The notes below the pieces were generated by a model. It worked only from the letters and a program-made list of their open reading frames with translations, made no database searches and was not told the origin of the DNA. DNA of 64,000 bases from the NCBI GenBank assembly GCA_021324815.1, contig JAJPIJ010000006.1, positions 24,814 to 88,813 of the forward strand. Direction: 5' to 3'. This document shows, piece after piece, positions 59,039 to 64,000 of this stretch. Both the position numbers and the translations under genes were made by a program. This DNA is from Gammaproteobacteria bacterium. Lineage in GTDB: Bacteria; Pseudomonadota; Gammaproteobacteria; JAJPIJ01. Numbering within the stretch: the first letter of the stretch is position 1; each line of letters opens with the position of its first letter.

Positions 59039-60825
59039 GTCCCGGCGTCCTCCCGCGCCGTCCGTGGAAAGGTCACGCGAAACAGGGCGCCGCCCCACTG
59101 GCTGGCATCGATCTCGATGACGCCGCGATGCAGGCGCACCACCTGCTGGACGACGGTCAGCCCTAGGCCGATTCCGCCCTCGCGCAGGGAGACAAAGGGA
59201 TCAAATATCCGCTCCCGGTTCTTGGAGGTGACGCCGGGGCCGTCGTCGGCGACCTCGATGACGACGCCCCGCGGTTCCAGACGGGTGGTTACGCGCACGC
59301 GACCGCCGGGTTTCAGGATTTGAATCGCGTTGAGCACCAGGTTGAGCAGCACCTGCATGATTTGCTCCGGGTCGCCGACCAGAAGCGGGGGATCGGCCCG
59401 CAGATCCTGCTCCAGTTTCACCCCGCGTTTGTCCGCCTGCAGCGTGAGAAGTTCCAGGGCGCGGCGGATGATGACGTGCACATCCACCTCGTGGAAGTCC
59501 GGTGGACGCGGGCGGGCGCTTTCGATCAGCGTGGTGATGAGGCGGTTGAGGCGCTCCGTCTCGCTCAGGATGAATTCGACCATCTCGCGGCCCTCCTTCG
59601 ACAATTCCCGCTCCTGGGAAAGCAGCTGCCCCGAGGATCGGATGATGCCGAGCGGCGTGCGCACCTCATGGGCCAGGATCGCGGCCATTTCCCCGACCAC
59701 CGCCAGTTTCCCGGCGCGAACCAGCTGCTCCTGTGATTGCTTGAGCGCCGCGATCATCTGCGTGAAGGCGCGCGTCAGCTCGCCCACTTCGCTTTGATCC
59801 GGTGCCGGCAGCGCCGGGACCTCGCCGCCCTCGTGAAAGCGGCGCGTGTAGCGCGTGAGTTGCTGGATCGGCAGGGCGATGGCCCGGGCCGTCACCCCGG
59901 CAAGCGCGGCGGCGATGGCCACGGTCAGCAGCAATATCGCGGACAACGTCCACAGCAGATTGGAGACCTTCGCGAAGGCCACCGCCTTGGGTTCAATGAT
60001 CTGCACCTGCCAGCCGAAACCACCGAACCCGTGGTATCCCGTCGAGGTCGCGTAGCCGATCTCGACATCATCCAGGCCGAGGGGCCGGCCGTCACGGGTG
60101 TAGGTCCCGCTTCCGCGCCGGTCCCGCCGCCAGCCGGCCAGACGGCTGCCGAGCATGATTTCCTGATTGCGCAACGATTTGGAAGCGGCGATCACCCGGC
60201 CGTCGCCGTCCAGCAGCAAGGCGGACTGCATCGCATCCGGGCCGCCGGCCGCGGCGACGTCCAGAAGCCGCATGACCTCGCCCCAGTCGAAGACGGCGGT
60301 GAACGCGCCCAGCGGCCGCCGATCAAACGCATCGGAGAGCATCGCGGTAAACTCCATCCGCGCCCCGCCCGGCGGCGGGTCGAACTCGGGCGCCGCGACT
60401 TCCACCGAACCCTGGGGCAACGGCGCCTGCAGCCAGTGTTTCGCCCCCGGCCGCCGCCGCCCGATCAGGGCGGGCGAACTCGCGGCGATCACCCGGCCGC
60501 CGGTGTCCGTGCACAGCAGCTCGCGGTAGACGCCGCCGTAGGCCGCTTGCGATTCCGTCAGAAACTGCGCCAGGCGCTTGTCGACATCCCCGATCCGCGC
60601 GTCCTGCATCACGTCAAGCTGGCTCCAGCCGCCGACATTCTGAAGGCGCTCGAAAAGCATGGTGTCAATCTGCTGCATCACCTCCACGGCGCGAGCGCGC
60701 AGATTCTGGCGGATCTCGCCCTCCAGCGCCGTGCGCGAGCGAGAATAGGCGAGCACCATCATGAACACGGCCGAGAGCACGCTCAGGCCGAGAAACGCGA
60801 TTCTCAACGTGCGACCGATGGTCAT
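59035..60825 (-). CDS. Sensor histidine kinase with a ~280-aa periplasmic sensing domain between two TM helices (NtrY/KinB-like)
   Basis: TM1 LRIAFLGLSVLSAVFMMVLA, TM2 LLWTLSAILLLTVAIAAALAGV, H-box …AAILAHEVRTPLGII…, HATPase (…GGIGLGLTVV…). Confidence 0.85.
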
Positions 60826-61064
60826 GTTGGTGCCCGCCGGAGGGATGTTGCTACCATAGCGCCGCAACGCCGTGAGAGCGTCCGCCGGAGTGAGCCACTC
60901 GTTCCGGTTTTTGGAGATAAAAAATGCAAACCCGATGCCATCCCGCCACGCGTTCAATTCAAACCGCCGCTTCTTCGTTTCATCGTCGTGCCGACCTGAG
61001 GGGGCGGCTGCGAGCCCCGCCGTGCGATGGGCCTGCTGACGCAGTTTGCCATTGTCCGCAGGGC

Positions 61065-62129
61065 TTGGCACGCCTTGCGGTCGCGCTGGTCATGGCCTGC
61101 TGCATGTCACGCGCCTGGCCGGATGCCCCGGCGGTTCCGACGAACCTCGAACGCTATGAACTCGGCCAGGGATATTCGCTGCCGGCCTATCATCTGATCC
61201 TGGGCGGCTACGCGAACCTGCAGGCGCAGGATATTGAAGAGCTGCCCGCCAAGGTGAACCTCCAGGATTTCAGCCTGTTCATCAACTGGACGCCGCTGGA
61301 TCGCTGGCAGTTCTTCTCCGAGGTCGAGTTGAACGATGCGTTCGGCTACGAGGGGGGCGGCTTCACGACCCGCCACGCGGACGTGGACGTCGAGCGCCTG
61401 TACGTCGACTACACGGCCACCGACGCGCTGTCACTGCGGCTGGGAAAATTCCTCACGCCGGTGGGCCGGTGGAATGAATTGCACGCCGCGCCGCTGGAAT
61501 GGACCGTTTCCCGCCCCCTGGTCACGGAGGAGCTCTTCGCCCACAAGCTGACCGGACTCATGATCCACGGCACCCGGCTCATCTCCGGCAACGAATTCGA
61601 TTACTCGCTGTTCGGCGACGCCAGCCGGGAGCTGGATCCGGATCAGGTGGATTCCGAGGACACCGGTCCGAACGTCCTCCCGTCGCGCAACTTCGACAAT
61701 GCCTTCGGCCTGAACCTGCGGTATCACTTTTGGGATGATTCACTGCAGGTCGGGGTGTCGTATCTGAACTCCCGCGTCAATGGCCTGGAGGCGCGCAAGC
61801 ACCTCTTCGACGCGGACCTGCTGTGGACTCACCGGGACGTCGAGGTGAGCGGGGAGGTCAGTTACCGCATCAGCGAAAGCAGGCAGGCGGGAGACGAATG
61901 GGGCGGCTTTCTGCAGGGGGTGGTTCCGATTTACGGCCGCATCTACGGCGTGGCGCGCGCGGAGATCTTCGACAGCGCCGAGGTCAATCGGACCGTCCAC
62001 ATCGGCTCCCTCGGGATCGCGTACCGGCCGCGGCCTTCGCTGGTGTACAAGTTTGAATACCGCCTCAGCGATTCCAGCGAGGGGGTGGCCCCCGAGGGCT
62101 GGCTGGGTTCGATTGCCTTACTGTTCTGA
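61065..62129 (+). CDS. Putative outer-membrane beta-barrel protein (355 aa), uncharacterised
   Basis: In-frame TTG at 61065 gives signal peptide MARLAVALVMACCMSRA|W. Alternating hydrophobic beta-strand pattern. C-terminus …GSIALLF ends in Phe (BAM beta-signal-like). Confidence 0.45.
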   Translation: MARLAVALVMACCMSRAWPDAPAVPTNLERYELGQGYSLPAYHLILGGYANLQAQDIEELPAKVNLQDFSLFINWTPLDRWQFFSEVELNDAFGYEGGGFTTRHADVDVERLYVDYTATDALSLRLGKFLTPVGRWNELHAAPLEWTVSRPLVTEELFAHKLTGLMIHGTRLISGNEFDYSLFGDASRELDPDQVDSEDTGPNVLPSRNFDNAFGLNLRYHFWDDSLQVGVSYLNSRVNGLEARKHLFDADLLWTHRDVEVSGEVSYRISESRQAGDEWGGFLQGVVPIYGRIYGVARAEIFDSAEVNRTVHIGSLGIAYRPRPSLVYKFEYRLSDSSEGVAPEGWLGSIALLF

Positions 62130-62137
62130 TCAGGGAC

Positions 62138-62629
62138 ATGCCCACCCGCGGAGGATTATTGCTGGCGCTGCTCGGTCTGGCCATGATCGCCGGCGCGCCG
62201 GCGGCACGGGCGGAGCCCGTGGTGGTGGTCGTCGCCGCCGCCGATTCGAGAGCGCGGATCGACCCCGGGGAACTGGCCGGCATCTTTCGGCGCAAAATCA
62301 GGATGGATGGCGAAGGTCGGCCGGTGGTCCCGGTCAATCTGCCGGCCGCCCATCCCCTCCGGCGCCTTTTCTCGCTGGCCGTGTTCGGGCGCCTGCCCGA
62401 GGATCTCCAGGCCTATTGGAACGAGCAGTACTTCCAGGGAATTTCACCGCCGCTGGTGCTCGACTCCGAGGAGGCCGTCCTGCGTTTTGTCGCCTCCACG
62501 CCGGGCGCGATCGGTTACGTCTCCGGTTGCAGCATAGATAAGCGCGTGAAGATCCTAGCGAGCCTGGACGTGCCCGGCGAAGCGGGCCCCGGAACCGGCG
62601 ACTGCCGGAAAAAAACCGGCGGCGGATGA
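62138..62629 (+). CDS. Small periplasmic PBP-like domain protein (PhnD/PstS-like mini substrate-binding fold, 163 aa)
   Basis: Signal peptide MPTRGGLLLALLGLAMIAGAPAARA. …LAGIFRRKIRMDG…GAIGYVSG… resembles phosphonate/phosphate-binding-like domains. Starts 8 bp after the OMP gene. Confidence 0.5.
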   Translation: MPTRGGLLLALLGLAMIAGAPAARAEPVVVVVAAADSRARIDPGELAGIFRRKIRMDGEGRPVVPVNLPAAHPLRRLFSLAVFGRLPEDLQAYWNEQYFQGISPPLVLDSEEAVLRFVASTPGAIGYVSGCSIDKRVKILASLDVPGEAGPGTGDCRKKTGGG

Positions 62630-62757
62630 TTTCTCGATCATCACGACCATTCTTGCAGACTCAATTTGCAGGGACACCGTCCTCGCGGCAATGAAACGCG
62701 CCCCTCCCCCCGCCCGCCTCCGAGGTTCGTCAGGAGATCGTTCTCCTGGCATGGCCC

Positions 62758-63540
62758 TTGCCTCGCGGACGGTGGTTCATGCAGGAGGAGGTGCCCATGC
62801 AAAGCGCGCCCGGCGTGATGCCGGCCCCGGCCCCCGGCGCCGCCGTTCCGCCGCCGGCGTTCAATGAACCGCCCGCGCTGCTGACGTTGCGGCTTTATTC
62901 GCGGGGAGCGGCCGGCAGGTGGCGCCTCGAAGACATGATTTGCGACAGCTTCCGGCGCAGGCACGGCGCGGCAGTGTGTGAATTCTATCCCGACCTCCTC
63001 GGCTTCGAAGGCGGCAACGTCCTGCATGCGGCGGTCGGGCTGCGCGAGGGAACCGGCCGGGCCTTTTTCGCCGAGCACTATCTTGACGCGCCCGCCGAGT
63101 TGCTCATCGGCCGCGAACTTGGACTGGCCGTCACCCGCGCGGAAATCGTCGAGCTCGGCCACATGGCGCTGACCGCGCCCGGCCAGTCACGCTGGCTGAT
63201 CGCGGCGGTGACCGCGTATTTGTACAACGCCGGTTATCGCTGCGCGTTGTTCACCGCGATCCCTCCCCTGTACAACGCCTTCCGGCGCATGGGCTTGGGG
63301 CCGCTGCACCTGGCCGCCGCCGATCCCGCGCGCCTGCCCGGCGGCGGAAAAGAGTGGGGCGACCATTGCAGTCTCGGGCCGCGGGTGTGCGCCGGCAACA
63401 TCGTCCGGGGATTTCGCACGCTTCGTCACGCGGTGCAACGGGGCACGCCGCGTTTGCAAACCCTGTGGCAGTCGGCCTGTCTGCGCGCCGCGTTTCATCA
63501 CCGCGACAAGAGCGGCGGGCTGCTGTCGCAGCGGAGATGA
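62758..63540 (+). CDS. Hypothetical protein (possibly thermostable-hemolysin-like/acyltransferase fold)
   Basis: ORF with a Pro/Ala-rich N-terminus followed by a globular region (…EFYPDLLGFEGGNVLHAAVGL…). Family assignment is tentative. Confidence 0.35.
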   Translation: MPRGRWFMQEEVPMQSAPGVMPAPAPGAAVPPPAFNEPPALLTLRLYSRGAAGRWRLEDMICDSFRRRHGAAVCEFYPDLLGFEGGNVLHAAVGLREGTGRAFFAEHYLDAPAELLIGRELGLAVTRAEIVELGHMALTAPGQSRWLIAAVTAYLYNAGYRCALFTAIPPLYNAFRRMGLGPLHLAAADPARLPGGGKEWGDHCSLGPRVCAGNIVRGFRTLRHAVQRGTPRLQTLWQSACLRAAFHHRDKSGGLLSQRR

Positions 63541-63717
63541 GCGCGCCCCGCTTCGCAGGCCCTCCTCGCAATCTGGATCGCCATGACGACCCGCGCCGCC
63601 GGCGGGCGCCGCGACCGCCGTGGCGCCCTGCAGCCGCGACCTTGCAGCCGGCAACGCATCCCCCGCGGGGATTTATGAGCGGTGTCCCGGTATTGAGATG
63701 CGGGCGGGGAAACTGCG

Positions 63718-64000
63718 ATGATTCGCCCCATGTCCCTCTGGCCGCGATCCGGGCGCGCCCAACTGCTGAAGCGGTTGCGGGCGGCGCTGCCCCGCGGCGC
63801 GCTGCTGCACGCCGCGGAGGACATCAAGCCCTATGAATGTGACGGGCTGACGATGTACCGTCAGCTGCCGCTCGCGGTGGCGCTGCCGGAGGACGAGGCG
63901 CAGGCGCGGGCGGTGCTGCGCGCCTGCCACGAGCTGCGGGTGCCGGTGGTGGCGCGTGGCGCCGGCACCGGCCTCTCCGGCGGCGCGCTGCCGATCGCTT
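63718..64000 (+). CDS. FAD-linked oxidase, glycolate oxidase subunit GlcD / D-lactate dehydrogenase-like (N-terminal fragment; continues beyond the window)
   Basis: MIRPMSLWPRSGRAQLLKRLRAALPRGALLHAAEDIKPYECDGLTMYRQLPLAVALPEDEAQARAVLRACHELRVPVVARGAGTGLSGGALP is the FAD-binding PCMH N-terminus. It has no stop before the window end, so it is absent from the ORF track. Confidence 0.7.
   Translation, partial: MIRPMSLWPRSGRAQLLKRLRAALPRGALLHAAEDIKPYECDGLTMYRQLPLAVALPEDEAQARAVLRACHELRVPVVARGAGTGLSGGALPIA

Noticed and set aside
59737-60999. 420-aa plus-strand ORF inside the sensor kinase gene
   Set aside because: Antisense shadow with low-complexity translation.
60990-61090. Sigma-54 promoter for the OMP gene (TTGGCACGCCTTGCGG)
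   Set aside because: The GG-to-GC spacing is 8 nt rather than 10, and the sequence is part of the signal-peptide coding region once the TTG start is used.

Overview
High-GC (~65-70%) proteobacterial chromosomal window of 64 kb. Pseudomonas-like housekeeping synteny (gshB-tonB-algH/yqgE-ruvX-pyrR-pyrB-pyrC'; rpe-gph-trpE; trpGDC; pcnB-folK-panB-panC) is interleaved with accessory or regulated modules. I called about 60 CDS, 3 tRNAs (Met-CAT, Arg-TCG, Glu-CTC) and one duplicated tRNA-Arg 5' fragment enclosing a 114-nt structured insert. The modules worth attention are: (1) a TtrA-like molybdoenzyme operon fragment (membrane subunit, catalytic subunit, TorD-like chaperone) followed by an AhpD/CMD-like ORF with no canonical start; (2) a Pho-box-fronted OprO/OprP-type porin; (3) an OmpR-type two-component system upstream of an RND efflux operon (MFP, RraA-like gene, RND permease, TolC-like OMF) in which the RraA-like gene is embedded and translationally coupled; (4) a TonB-dependent receptor plus two uncharacterised proteins behind a strikingly AT-rich, metalloregulator-box-like promoter island; (5) a candidate phosphate-stress lipid-remodelling locus (two inverted SQD2/Agt-like GT4 glycosyltransferases flanking dgkA and a PlcP/LpxH-like metallophosphoesterase); (6) three candidate sigma-54 promoters (pilin, an orphan 97-aa protein, and an HpnI-like GT2 gene sitting directly downstream of an NtrC-type two-component system and convergently overlapping an HpnL/flippase-like gene). 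No CRISPR array, transposase or integrase was recognised. All functional calls come from by-eye motif and similarity recognition of the translated ORFs and are hypotheses until searched against databases.
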